Positions 38,171 to 50,758 of a DNA stretch of 64,000 nt are shown in pieces. Origin of the DNA: Octopus bimaculoides (taxonomy: Eukaryota); contig NC_069004.1 of NCBI RefSeq assembly GCF_001194135.2, positions 22,224,222-22,288,221 on the forward strand, written 5' to 3'. The position numbers were made by a program, and so were the translations under genes. Within the stretch, counting starts at the first letter, position 1. Each line of letters opens with the position of its first letter. The notes beneath the pieces were generated by a model. The model saw nothing but the letters and a program-made list of their open reading frames with translations. It searched no databases and was not told the DNA's origin.

Positions 38171-38330
38171 ATGGGCTTCCACACAGTTTCCATCAACCAA
38201 ATTCCCTTACAAGATATTGGCTGACCTGAGATTATAGAAGAAAACACCGACCCCAAGGTGCTGCACAGTGAGGTTGAACCCAAAACCACATCCATTGCAA
38301 AGTGAGTTTCTTAACCACACAGCCATGCCA
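37870..38330 (-). mobile_element. SINE family B copy with an internal (AC)n(TA)n tract and a 10-N gap
   Basis: Reverse complement of body and head (ccccaaggtgctgcacagtgaggttgaacc..cttaaccacacagccatgcc). Confidence 0.8.
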
Positions 38331-38699
38331 GCAACAAATACTGATAAGCTGTGCCAGCATGGACAAAAAGACAGAAAATGATTATGATGATGATAATTAT
38401 GATGACATAATTAAACAAATGCTGAATGACTCACATTTATTTATGTATCATTATATTATTAAATATTGGCATTTGCACATCTATATTTCCTTGCTGGCAA
38501 CTTACGCCTTGTTTCTTTCTCCAAGTTTGGATGTTTACATGAATTGTTTCAGCAAATTTCTGTATTCTATTTTCTACTACAACCTAACATTCTACCAGCC
38601 CCATTCTTCTTAGCCACTAAATCTTATTCCTAATTCTATTTTCTACCCTACTTAGTAATCATCCATCAAAACCCATTCAACCATGAAGATACAAAACTT

Positions 38700-38900
38700 G
38701 TGAGTCTTATTAAGAGTTGCTCTATTTTAATACCTACACCACATTGAGGCTCACAAACTGGAAGTTGTACCTTTCACTCTAAAAACCAATGCCTTTGGCA
38801 CAATTTGATCTCATTGCCCTCAACATATGGAAACAAATATCTGAAACACTCAAGCATGATTAAACCAAGATAAGAATTACTCTCAACATTCTCTGGCAAA
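38700..38900 (+). pseudogene. Possible decayed L2/Crack/CR1-type ORF2 3' end
   Basis: VPFTLKTNAFGT..(frameshift) IWKQISETLKH resembles the P..RT..G..S....GP.IWN.LP..LK terminal motif; weak. Confidence 0.3.
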
Positions 38901-38984
38901 AGTTCAAAATTTGGATGAAAAACAGAACAAACATTTATAATTTTTAGTTGATTCCACTACTTATGCATTATTCTTTTTTTTTTT

Positions 38985-39198
38985 TTCTTTAACTTGTTTC
39001 AGTCATTAGATTGAAGCCATGCTGGGGCACCACCTTGAAGAATTTTTTAGTTCAGCAAATCACTCCCAGTACTTATCTTTTTGTTAAAACTAGGTACTTA
39101 TTCTATTGTAATCTTTTGCTGAACTGCTAACTTAAAGGGATGTAAACACACCAACACCAGTTGTCAAGCAGTGGTGGGGGACAAACATATACACAAAG

Positions 39199-39232
<34 letters not shown>

Positions 39233-39390
39233 CAGGCTGCCTTCAGTTTCCATCTACCAAATCCAATTACAAGGCTTTGGTTGGCCTGAGGCTGTAGTAG
39301 AAGACACTTGCTCAATTTGCCATGCAATGGGACTGAACCCAGAATCATGTAGTTAGGAAGCAGACTTATTATCACACAGCTACACCTGCA
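38985..39390 (-). mobile_element. SINE family B, full-length
   Basis: Homologous to 16205-16622, with internal (AC)n. Confidence 0.9.
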
Positions 39391-39605
39391 CTATGTGTAT
39401 ATTTATTTTTTGCTGTTGTTTTTAAAAGCCTCCTGCCCTTTCCCTGCTTGGTTTTTTGTCTTGCTTCAGATCTTCTTTGATAGAGTCATCCTCCGTTCAA
39501 ATGCATACCACTTGTCTTCAGAACACTGTTTGTGCAATAAGAATGTTAAAATCCTATAGATTAGAAAAAAATATTCTGAAGTCATGTCCAGCCTAAAGAA
39601 ATGCT

Positions 39606-39642
<37 letters not shown>

Positions 39643-39644
39643 CT

Positions 39645-39975
39645 TTTATCTGTTTCTTGTTTCAGTCATTGGACACCAACTTGAACTTTTAGTTGAATGA
39701 ATTTGGTTCCAATACTTTTTTTTTCAAGCCTGGTACTTATTCTATCAGTCTCAAACTGCTAAGTGACGGGAATGTAGACACATCAAAACCACTGTCAATC
39801 AATGGTGGGGGACAAACAGACACAGAGACAAATATGTGCAGGTATGCACGTGCATGCAGGCACACACACACACACACACAACAGGTTTCTTTCAGTCTTT
39901 GTCTACCAAATCCACTCACATAACTTTGGTTGGCCAGAAGTCATAATAGAAGACACTTGCCCAAGGTGCCACACA
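39645..39975 (-). mobile_element. SINE family B copy with a truncated head
   Basis: gaagacacttgcccaaggtgcc (reverse complement of CORE) plus 3' body. Confidence 0.85.
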
Positions 39976-40044
39976 ATAGGATTGAACCGGGAACAATACA
40001 CACACACATATACACTTTATGTCATTTGATTTACTATATCTAAC

Positions 40045-40260
40045 AAGTTGTCCTGAGTTGTTTTAGCCTCAGGTCAATGATTCAGCAGACCTATGAACAA
40101 ACACATTTCAAACATGGCCACTCGGACCTTTTATTGGGGGGTGCGGGAGGGAGTCTCTGGGGCAACATTATCTAATGTATCATTCCCTTTTTTTTTTTCA
40201 AGATAGCAGGTAGTGACTTAAAGGAGATGCAGTTGCTATTTCTAGCAGGTGGATCAGAGG
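40045..40260 (+). repeat. Unclassified dispersed repeat (family D, ~250 bp)
   Basis: gttgttt.agcc.caggtca..cagcagacctatga..caacatta..tgctatttctagcagg recurs, whole or in part, near 8260, 10200, 11670, 15340-15520, 16960, 17420, 44700, 45200, 49030, 54030 and 62985. Confidence 0.6.
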
Positions 40261-40844
40261 GAAATATATTTTAGTATCATGTGCAATTTACGAGTACAGA
40301 AGAATTTGTGTAACTGCATCTGGGTTGAGAATAATAATGAACATTTAATATAATAGGTATGCATGCTGTGATTACACTGAGAAACACTAATTAAAATGTA
40401 AGTGAAGGGCTCTGGTGTAGAGGTTCCCTTACAAGGTCTACTGCAAATGGATGGTAGAGAAGATGACCAGATAGTTAATGATGTTTCTAGTTTGGTTGCA
40501 GTAGAGTTTAGTCCTAATATGGTTCCACTTTCACTTTTATCATGCCACAAAGAAACAGAGGACACAATTATCTCTGTACATGCATTCATGGTCGAAACTC
40601 TTGTACACACAAAATAAGAGATAAAAAGATGCACAGGAAAATAATTAGCTGCTCCATTTTTTTATAATTGCTTTGTCATGTGTGGCTGAGCTGTGTGATT
40701 AAGAAGTTTGCTTCTCAACCACATGGTTTCAGTTTCACCACATTGCACCTTGGGTATGCATGTTCCATTATAGCCTCAGTCCAACCAAAGCCTTGTAAGT
40801 GGATACTTACCTTGTATGGTAGACAGAAATTACAAGAAATCCAT

Positions 40845-40901
<57 letters not shown>

Positions 40902-42284
40902 NNNNNNNNNNNNNNNNNNNNNNNNNNNNNNNNNNNNNNNNNNNNNNNNNNNNNNNNNNNNNNNNNNNNNNNNNNNNNNNNNNNNNNNNNNNNNNNNNNN
41001 NNNNNNNNNNNNNNNNNNNNNNNNNNNNNNNNNNNNNNNNNNNNNNNNNNNNNNNNNNNNNNNNNNNNNNNNNNNNNNNNNNNNNNNNNNNNNNNNNNNN
41101 NNNNNNNNNNNNNNNNNNNNNNNNNNNNNNNNNNNNNNNNNNNNNNNNNNNNNNNNNNNNNNNNNNNNNNNNNNNNNNNNNNNNNNNNNNNNNNNNNNNN
41201 NNNNNNNNNNNNNNNNNNNNNNNNNNNNNNNNNNNNNNNNNNNNNNNNNNNNNNNNNNNNNNNNNNNNNNNNNNNNNNNNNNNNNNNNNNNNNNNNNNNN
41301 NNNNNNNNNNNNNNNNNNNNNNNNNNNNNNNNNNNNNNNNNNNNNNNNNNNNNNNNNNNNNNNNNNNNNNNNNNNNNNNNNNNNNNNNNNNNNNNNNNNN
41401 NNNNNNNNNNNNNNNNNNNNNNNNNNNNNNNNNNNNNNNNNNNNNNNNNNNNNNNNNNNNNNNNNNNNNNNNNNNNNNNNNNNNNNNNNNNNNNNNNNNN
41501 NNNNNNNNNNNNNNNNNNNNNNNNNNNNNNNNNNNNNNNNNNNNNNNNNNNNNNNNNNNNNNTCTGTTTATGTATTATATATATATTTCAAAAACAAGGA
41601 TGCTGGAAAGTGAGAAGATAAGAGAAAAAGAAGAAAAGTGTGAAGATGGTTGATCCATAAACAGAGTCTGAAAGATTGCTTGGAAGTACATGGCATATTT
41701 TATAAATATGTCTAGTTGAAGTATCATAAAAGCATGAAACTATTAGTAGCTCTTTCAGTTGTATATTAAACTGATATATATATATATATATATATCTAAA
41801 ATGTATATTTGTATGTGTATGTGTGGTGTGTATGTATGTGTGCATATGTGACCTTTTTGCGATTTTTGTAAATGCATGTCATTCATTTCCAATGTTCTAT
41901 AAAATCCTGTCTAACCATGGTGAAACATTACCTTACTTAGAAATAGGTAAGTGTTGACAACAGGAAGAGCACCCAACCATAAAAGACATCTGTCCCAACA
42001 AACTTTATCCAATCCATGCAAGCATGGAAAGATTTAAATGATGATGAGGCACCCAAGGACCAGATGATGATGGATTAAACTTACCACACAAGAAATCAGC
42101 ATGTAAAGAGGTGGAACAATACCACAAGGTGTCTCATGCAACGATCCAACAATTCTGCCTTAGATATGTACTTTATTTTATCAACCTTGAAAGACAAAAC
42201 TATCTTGACAAGATCTGAACTTATAAATCCAATGAACTAGAACAAATACCTCAAAGTATTTTGTCCTATGCTCTAATGATTCTA

Positions 42285-42423
42285 AGCTTGCTTCCCAACC
42301 ACATGGTTCCAGGTTCAGTCCCACTGCATGGCACCTAGGGAAAGTGTATTCTAGTATAGCCTCAGGCTGGTCAAAGCCTTGTGAGTGGACTTAGTTATTG
42401 GAAACTGAAAGAAGCCTGTTATA

Positions 42424-42458
<35 letters not shown>

Positions 42459-42648
42459 TCCACCACTGCTTGACAACTAGTGTTGGTTTGTTTATGTCCT
42501 CATAACTTAGTGGTTTGGCAAAAAGAAACTGATAGAATAAATACCAAGCTTTTAAAAAATAAGTACTGGGGTCAATTCATTCAACTAAAAGTTCTTCAAG
42601 GTGGTGTTCCAGCATGGCCACAGTCAAATTACTGGAACAGATAAAAGA
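42285..42648 (+). mobile_element. SINE family B, near full-length
   Basis: aagcttgcttcccaaccacatggttccaggttcagtccc (B-box-like), ggcacctagggaaagtg (CORE-like), (TG)n, 3' body. Confidence 0.9.
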
Positions 42649-42666
42649 TATATATATACATATGTA

Positions 42667-42699
<33 letters not shown>

Positions 42700-43955
42700 C
42701 TGGTGTTTCCTTGTCATGACATTGTGCATTGTGTGATTGTTTGCAAGAGAGTGTCACTGTCATACAAGCAATGTCCTTTAGTTCCAATCTTCTGCGCAAA
42801 CAACATCTCGTGGCAGGGAAATATTACCTTATTTAGAAACAAGCAAGTGTTAGCAACAGAAAGGGCATCCAGCCATAGAAAATCCGTCTCAACAAATTCC
42901 ATCTGACCCATGAATGCATGGAAAAGTGGGCATTAAGATGATGAGGATTTTCATTCAGTTCACGGATACTTTTGTCACAAGGAATGCAAAAACGCTCACA
43001 GCATTGATTTTTATGCATATTGTTTGACGTGTTGATGAAAAAAAAATAAGTACCAACTATATACAGGTAAATTTACTAGGTTTAACTAAAATTAACTATT
43101 TGCCATCTTCCTACTTCCATCTAAACAGGGGAAAGAATGAATAAGTGGTGCCATGCAGAGAGAGGGGGGAGAGTGAAAGACAGAGAGACAGAGAGAGAGA
43201 CAGAGAGAGAGAGAAGGGAGATTGAAAGACAGAGGAGAGAGAGAGAGAGATTGAAAGACAGAGGAGAGAGAGAGGGAGAGATCAATATCAGGTTTACTCT
43301 AATATAGCAATGAAATCTGACCATATTTTCATTGCAAAGAGAAATGGTACTATTTATTATGGGAGACTCACACATGCACCCAAACACACACACACACACA
43401 CACACATACAAGCACACAGTACTGTGTTTATTTACAATATCATCACAATACAAGCTACCAAGTACAAATCTCTGGAGGCTAGTAAGATAGGAAAAGGAGT
43501 GGGTAGAGGTACAAGTAAAGAAGAAGTACAGATGTGTGGAAACTGAAGGTGGCAGGGAGAAGAGTAAATGATTCTAACGAAATTAATAAAAAAAAAAAAA
43601 AAGACTTGCTAAAAGCTAATGAGTTGGGTTTTGTTTATTTTTTTTTTGTTTTGTTTTGGAATTCATGGCATCATCATTACCACTTCTCTAACCAACACCT
43701 CCCCTTTTATTACTTCACCCTGTATCATCACTACCAACTCCTCCCCAACATCATCTCTACCACTTCCACTTATATCATCACTAACACTACCACCTCTTCC
43801 TCTAGCAGTAACATAAAAATACTTTAAAAAGAAGAATATGAAATTGTAATTATACAACATGATACAAATGTGAAGGCATCATTACCATCATGTGGACAAT
43901 AGATCAGTAGAAATGGTACAGCAAGCAATGGACAGATAGAGTCACCTAGAAGTAA

Positions 43956-44185
43956 TTGAGCACTTTGGTATTTAAACCAACAATCTCAAGACCAGATATT
44001 CTACCTATTTTAGGTTCAATCTGACCAGATCCAGCTTCTCACATCTATCCTACACTTGTCATTCAAGAAATATACAATCACAGTATCCAAATCCTGAAGC
44101 TACAAGATAGTATGGGATTAATTCAAAACAAAATGATTAAATAAGCATTATATTTGACAGAATAATTTGAATGCTAAAGGGTTAA
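43956..44185 (-). mobile_element. TTAA-type MITE family E
   Basis: Ends ..aataatttgaatgctaaagggttaa. Confidence 0.8.
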
Positions 44186-44855
44186 ATTCTGATTTCAACC
44201 CAGAATTTAAGGAGCAAGAGTGACAGTTTTGTCAACCTATAGAATGTGGGCCAAAATAACAATTATTCCTCTTACTCCCTCCGGCTACATGAAAAAGCTG
44301 TGAAGTTGTGCCTATGTTAGAATTTATTATCATTATTAAGTATCTGTGTAATTATCTTCATCACCACTCACAAGGCTGACAGAATTGTTAGCATGTTATC
44401 ATTTCTTCCAACTTTATGTTCTGAGTTCAAATTTCACCACGATCAACTTTGCTTCCATCTTTTCAGTGTTGATAAGTGGAGTTGCTGTAATTGACTGTCT
44501 CCCACTCATAAAATTTCAAGCCTTGTGCCTATTTTAGAAAGAATCATCATCTTCATTACCATCATTAAAATCATCTTCATCCGTACCCTAACAGACTACT
44601 ATTATGATCAACTGATTTTAGAGTTTAAAACATTAAGAAAATAAGTTTTTTAAAGGTGATAAGGGAAAATTTATTAAGGAAGAGGTCAAGACTTGGAAGC
44701 TACCTTTGAGCAGGTTGTCTAGTCACAGATCAGCTTTGATTCAGCAAGACACCTTATGATCTCTGAACATTTCATCTTTATCTCAAACATAATGTATCTG
44801 GGACAACATTACTCAATGTGTTGTTCCTTAAGAAGGTCATGTTGACCATGTAGAG

Positions 44856-45187
44856 CAATGGTTCTCAACCAGGGTCTATATGACCCCTGGGGATCCATAT
44901 AAGAAGTGGGGTGGGGAACACACAAGCAAAATAGCACATTGGGGATCCACTGTAGTATTTCAAGGATCTGTGAAAAAAATTTGCTTTAGATGTGTTTATT
45001 GCAAGAAACAGTTAAGTTTGTTAGTATATGTTTTATAAAGTTCAACCTAAATAAATTAATGTGTAAAAAACAAAACAAGAATTTTGAAACTAATTTTTGA
45101 ACATTGAATGGTTATGGGGGTCCACCAGAGTAAAATAGTAATCCAAGAGGTCCATAGATAAAAAAAAAAAATTGTTGAGAACCACTG
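44856..45187. mobile_element. hAT-type MITE with a perfect 8-bp TSD
   Basis: TIRs caatggttctcaacc / tgttgagaaccactg; TSD atgtagag at 44848-44855 and 45188-45195. Confidence 0.92.
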
Positions 45188-46084
45188 ATGTAGAGGCTCC
45201 ATTAAGGACCCATGGGTTGTTGCTTAGACAGTCCTGATTCAGCAGTTATATGATTAAATAAGTTTCAACTGTGACCATTCTGTCTTTTATTTAGACATGG
45301 TGTAGCTAAGACAACATTAGCCAATGTATTCTCTCTTTTTTAAAATAGTATTATGTGATTTGGATGAGAATTGACTGCTATTTCTAATAAATGATCACTC
45401 TTTTGCTGGTTTGTTATGTGCAAGATCTAATGATTGGGTAGAAAAACTAACCCTATAACTGCAAACCAAAATACTTTCTGTAGTCACATGACCAACTTAA
45501 TACAAAAAAAAAAAAGACCTTGTGCTGGTTTTAAAAAAATGGACCCTATGTCCTGAAAACAGATTATCCACAATAAAGATTAGATAGCTGCAGAAAGAAC
45601 ATTAATTTTACAACCTACATAGAAGTGTTGGATAGATTATCTTTGCATATCCAAAGTATTGGACATACAAAGAATTTATCAAACCCAATCCTTCCACATC
45701 AATTTGCTTTATTCCAGCATGTCTGTCACACAAATCTAAATAGCTTTTGATCTCATAATGACACCATCAGTGAAACAGACGTTTATTAATCTAACATTGC
45801 AGTTGATGAACAATACATCATTGATTACTGGTTTCCCATAAAGTAAACACTGATTTCGTTCATTGCTTATGGTGAGTGTGACAAGGGAGCATCAATAACT
45901 CAGTGCAAAACAAATATTGGAAAGAACTTCATTTGTAAAATAGTGGCACTTCAGTTTACATCAGTAAACACACACATAACTGGCTTCCACAGTTTCATTC
46001 AAACAAATTTCACTCACAAGGCATGTGGCATGTTGTACGAGAAAACCCACCCACCACAACAGAATTGAGATCCTAAAACCAAGG

Positions 46085-46295
46085 TGTAAAATGCGCTGGT
46101 GCTGGTGCCACGTAAAAAGCCTCCAGTACACTCTGTAAAGTGGTTGGCATTAGGAAGGGTATCCAGCCATAGAAACCAAGCCAAAACAGACTATGGAATC
46201 TGGTGCAACCCATGGCCTTACCAGTCCCTGTCAAGCCATCCAACCCATACCAGCATGGAAAACGGACATTAAATGTTGTTGATGATGATGATGAA
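46085..46295 (+). mobile_element. RTE-type 3' tail fragment
   Basis: ggtgccacgtaaaaagcc..ggcattaggaagggtatccagccatagaaacc..ggacattaaatgttgttgatgatgatgatg. Confidence 0.85.
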
Positions 46296-47581
46296 GGTAT
46301 TAATCAACTCAAATAAATGGTTAAAAAAAACACTTGCCCAAGGAAATGCACAGTAAATCAAATCCATTTTTCTTTCTTTTTCTGATTTTTATATCTAAAT
46401 ATAGGAGACTGTAATTGAGTTAGGGGTAGGACAACATAGCTATATTTAAAATCAAATTTAACGTCAATATTTTAAATTTAACTACCTGTCTCTCTATCCA
46501 CCTATCTATATATCATTAGCTATTGTTGTTACCAGGAGGAACAAATATATATTGTGAGATTTGTAACTCTGTCTATGAATTTATTCTTGTAAAATAATGC
46601 AGTCATTCTTTAACACCTCTGTCAAAATTCTTCCAGTAAAGTTGTCAGCATATTTGGTGAGTAAGTTCCATCTGTGCAAGATAGAGACTAGAACTGAGAA
46701 ACAAAAGCTCTTTCATATTTAGCATGGAATATAAAAAGAAATAAATGAAAAAACAAAAACAGTGAATCACATTAAGCAAGAGAAGAAAGCAACTCCCAAA
46801 GATATGAAGAAACAGAGGTCAATAACCAGGTCATTAGATTTACACATACACATATACACATACATACACATATACACATACACATATACACATACACATA
46901 GACATAAACAAGAAATAAAGTCTGAGACTATTTCAAACTTTCCTTCTTTTCTACAGCACTCCCACATTACGAAGCATTGCGTTCTTGAAAATCATGTTGC
47001 AACATAGAATTCCATCATGCAAAACCTATTTTCCCATGGATTTCCATGTTGCTTTGAAGGCAATAAAAATGGAAGTTAATAGAAAAATGAGTTTTGCATG
47101 ATGGAATTTCAAGTTAAGGCAAACTTTATGGGAATACAGTATTTCCATTGTGCATATGTGTGGGGTGGAAAGCCTATAAATAGTTGTATCTTAAAACGTG
47201 CATGTGTGTGGTCTATGTTGTAGTGTGTGTGTGTGTTTCAAAAGTCTTTAGTGATTTTATAAGTAGCATCTCCATGGATAATTAATGATACTCAATCATG
47301 GATAAAATCACCATATAGGGCTGAAAAAAGTCAAGCTGATCCCTTTTTTTTTTTTACCCACAAAGATATACACAAACATGGAATTTTACATCTGTCTAGT
47401 ATGCAGTGTTGGCTAAAAAAAAATGTAGATATATATCAGCACAAGCATGACTTAAAAATTTAGAAGCTTGCTTCTTCACCATGTGGTCCCAGGTTCAATC
47501 CCACTGTGTGACACCTTGGGCAAGTGTCTTCCATTACATCCTTGTGCATAAATTTAGTAGAGAGACGCTGAAAGAAGCTCA

Positions 47582-47623
<42 letters not shown>

Positions 47624-47693
47624 ATGAATGTATGTATGAGTATGTGTTTATGTCTGTGTCACTTTACCCTGACATCATATGATTGGTATAAGT

Positions 47694-47929
47694 CAGTGGT
47701 TTTCAACCCTTTTCTGCCTATGGACCCCTTTGATTCCTATTTTACTCTACTGGACCGCCATAGCAATTCAATGTGTGTAAAAAATCCTACTGTATTTTTA
47801 TAACTGAATATTATTAGCACTGAATGGAAAAAATGTTAAAATATTTTGTGTATTGTAGAACTATAAGCAATTAATGGCACATAAATTTTAACAATAAGCT
47901 CTTATATGGACTCCGATTGAGAACCACTG
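47694..47929. mobile_element. hAT-type MITE nested in a family C SINE (47445-48130)
   Basis: TIRs cagtggttttcaacc / gattgagaaccactg; flanks gtataagt / gtgtaaat (6/8). Confidence 0.85.
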
Positions 47930-48767
47930 GTGTAAATGAATATCATTCATTTCTAATATTCTGTGAGAATATGTCTGGCCATGAGGAAATATTACTTCAC
48001 CTGGAAACAGGTGAGGGCTAGTGACAAGAGGAGCATCCAGACAAAGAAAAATCTGTCTCAATAAGCTCCATCCAAACCAAGCAAGCAAGGAACAGTGAAT
48101 GTTAAAACGATGATGGTGCTGGTGATGGTTCTGTATTCCATATAGCATTATAACAAAATAGTCATATCTTCATGTTATTATGTAATCAGAAAAATAATTA
48201 TCATTTATTTCCACAACTGAGCTACTTCCAAACCATTTCTTTCCATCCTCCAACTATTCTTGATTTAACAGGTCTTGATAAAAAAAAAAATATATCAATT
48301 AAAAAAAAGCAGGGGCTATGGACAATTGCACACATATCTTCCACACTAATTAATTTCTTTGAAATTCCTTGTAACAAAAAATATATAAATAAATATAATG
48401 AATATTTTTTTAAGGCTATTTTCTTCAATTTAAAATTTACTGACTATCTTGATAAAGACTCTTAATTCTTTGTCATTTGTTTTTTTGTGTTAAGTTGTGA
48501 AATGAAATATTTTAAAAAATTATTATTTCCAAGTCTAAACAAATTTTGGCTGCAAACACAAACACACACACACACATGACAGACACACACACACATACAA
48601 CAGAACTAATTATTGTTAGGTGTGAAGAGGAAAGAATTCAAGATTATTCTTTGAAAATGAAGATGTAAAATAAATTTAAAAAGCTAAACACCCAATAAAA
48701 ACACAACAGTCTTAGTATTTGTTTTCTTTTTACTTAGTAATTAGGCAGTTTGTAAATAGTAATAAAA

Positions 48768-48807
<40 letters not shown>

Positions 48808-49544
48808 GTGTGTGTGAGCATTTCTGTGTGCAGGAATGTTACTATGGGTGTCTGTGCAACTGTGTGTATGCATTATTTTGTCTGTGTGTGAATGTGTTAC
48901 TCTATGCTGTGACTTATATTCTGTGTTAATCTGTGAATGAGTTTCTGTATTAGCATGTATACATATGCATATATGCATGAGTGTATGTGTACATGTCTGT
49001 CAGTGTGCCTGTGTGAGTGTGCCTGTGTGTGTGTGTGCCAAATCTCCCTCAAATGACACCCTAATATCACATTGTGGTCCTAGATACACAATGTCTAAGC
49101 TATAAAGCTACAACTGGAATATCTTTAATCATAGGTGTTCTGATTGTGATTTAGGGCTGAACAACTTTTTCAGTAAGACACTCAAATTAAGCTAAACTAT
49201 TTTCAATATAAGGTCCCTTAGCCCTATGTTTTAAATCCTAAATTTAGACAAGGTGTTCCACAATAAAACAGGATGTCTATAGCTGGATCACAAAAACTAA
49301 AAGATTGACCCAAACAGATATATGAGAAATATCAACAAATCCATGATACTGGACTTCAACAAAATTATCAGACACTCATATCCAAACCTCACTGTGCACC
49401 ACACATCATCAAAAACAGTTAGCTCCCTTCTTGGATCATATTCTGAGCAAATACACAAAGCCTATGTATTCTGAAAATAATCAATAATTTGGAGAGGTTT
49501 AATAAAAATAATGAATTGTTCTTTTGTTTATATATTCTCATCAT

Positions 49545-49690
49545 CATCTTCATCATCATTTAGTGTCTGTTTTCCATGATAGCAAGGGTTAGATGGTTTG
49601 ACTAGAACTGGTACGTCAGAGAGCTGCACCAGGCTCCACTCCATTTTGGCTTGGTTTCTACGGCTGGATGCCCTTCCTAATGCCAACCAT
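49545..49690 (-). mobile_element. RTE-type 3' tail fragment ending at an (AC)n tract
   Basis: catcatcattt..tttccatg..caccaggctcca..ggatgcccttcctaatgccaacca. Confidence 0.85.
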
Positions 49691-49732
<42 letters not shown>

Positions 49733-50542
49733 GAGGGAGAGAGAGAATATTTTTTGATACATTATGGCTCCAAATTCTCGTACTCTATGTTGTTTGTTTC
49801 TAATCATCATCTGGTAAACCAAGCCTGGTTTTCTTTTGAATATTCACTGTCTGGGTATTTTTTTAAATATCGAGCAAAAGTGTGAAGGAAACGCGTTACA
49901 TTTTTTTGTTTAGAAACGTTTGTGAACGACATGTGCGAAAACAGATTCTTCAAGCTCACACTTCTAGTTCTTGTAGTAATATTATTATGTCATAAAAAGT
50001 TAATTGTTGATAGGGACACCATGATATATTATGCAACCATAATATACGACAAAGTATATTAAAGACTTATAAGTCAATCTTGTGTCCTACTTGTGTTAGC
50101 AGGTAATTCAATCACTTCTTAGAGTTATCTCTAGAGATTTTCTATAGAAATTAGAGCCAGTCCTGAAAGTTACAATGTTTCATATATGAATACAACTATG
50201 TAAACAATGCAATCAAAGATAGAAAAATAGGCAATGGGTGTATCTGCATAGTACAGAAGTTATTGATCCTTCTTCTACACCATATCCAACCCATTAACTA
50301 TCCACAAACATATTGCTTAAACAGCCACTAGTGGCTCCTGAAACATGCATATACACCCATTTTCTATTTTTTTCAAACCTTAATCACATTGTTTACATTG
50401 ACGTATTCATAACTTTCAGTGCCGAGTCATATTTCTATAGAAAATCCACAGAGATAGCTTTAAAAAGTGACTGAATCACACTGCTAGCACAAGTAGAACA
50501 CAGCATTGACTTACAAGCCTTTAATATATTTGTTAGTATATT

Positions 50543-50758
50543 TAAGGTGGCGAGCTGGCAGAAATGTTAGCATGTTGGGCGAAATGCTTAGCGGTATTTC
50601 GTCTGTCTTTATGTTCTGAGTTCAAATTCCGCCGAGGTCGACTTTGCCTTTCCTCCTTTCGGGGTCGATAAATTAAGTACCAGTTGCATAATGGGGTTGA
50701 TCTAATCAACTGGCCCCCTCCCCAAAACTTTGGACCTCGTACCTAGAGTAGAAAAGAA
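50543..50758 (+). mobile_element. tRNA-derived SINE family A, best-preserved copy, with 20-bp TSD
   Basis: A-box-like ggcgagctggcagaa; B-box gagttcaaattcc; TSD aatatatttgttagtatatt (50523-50542) vs aatatacttgttagtatatt (50757-50776). Further copies near 15000, 31500-31895, 34025, 42100, 44365, 51685 and 54255. Confidence 0.92.

Noticed and set aside
40668-41653. Long ORFs of 240-360 aa at 40668-41653, 57189-58285 and 59834-60562
   Set aside because: Their length comes from N runs translated as X.
45802-45869. Putative exon (cattgcAG ... ttatg|GTGAGT)
   Set aside because: Stops in all three frames; nothing supports it beyond the splice-like motifs.
49150-49480. Possible CR1/Crack LINE 3' relic (a similar hint at about 46520-46700, minus strand)
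   Set aside because: Motif resemblance is too weak to call by eye.
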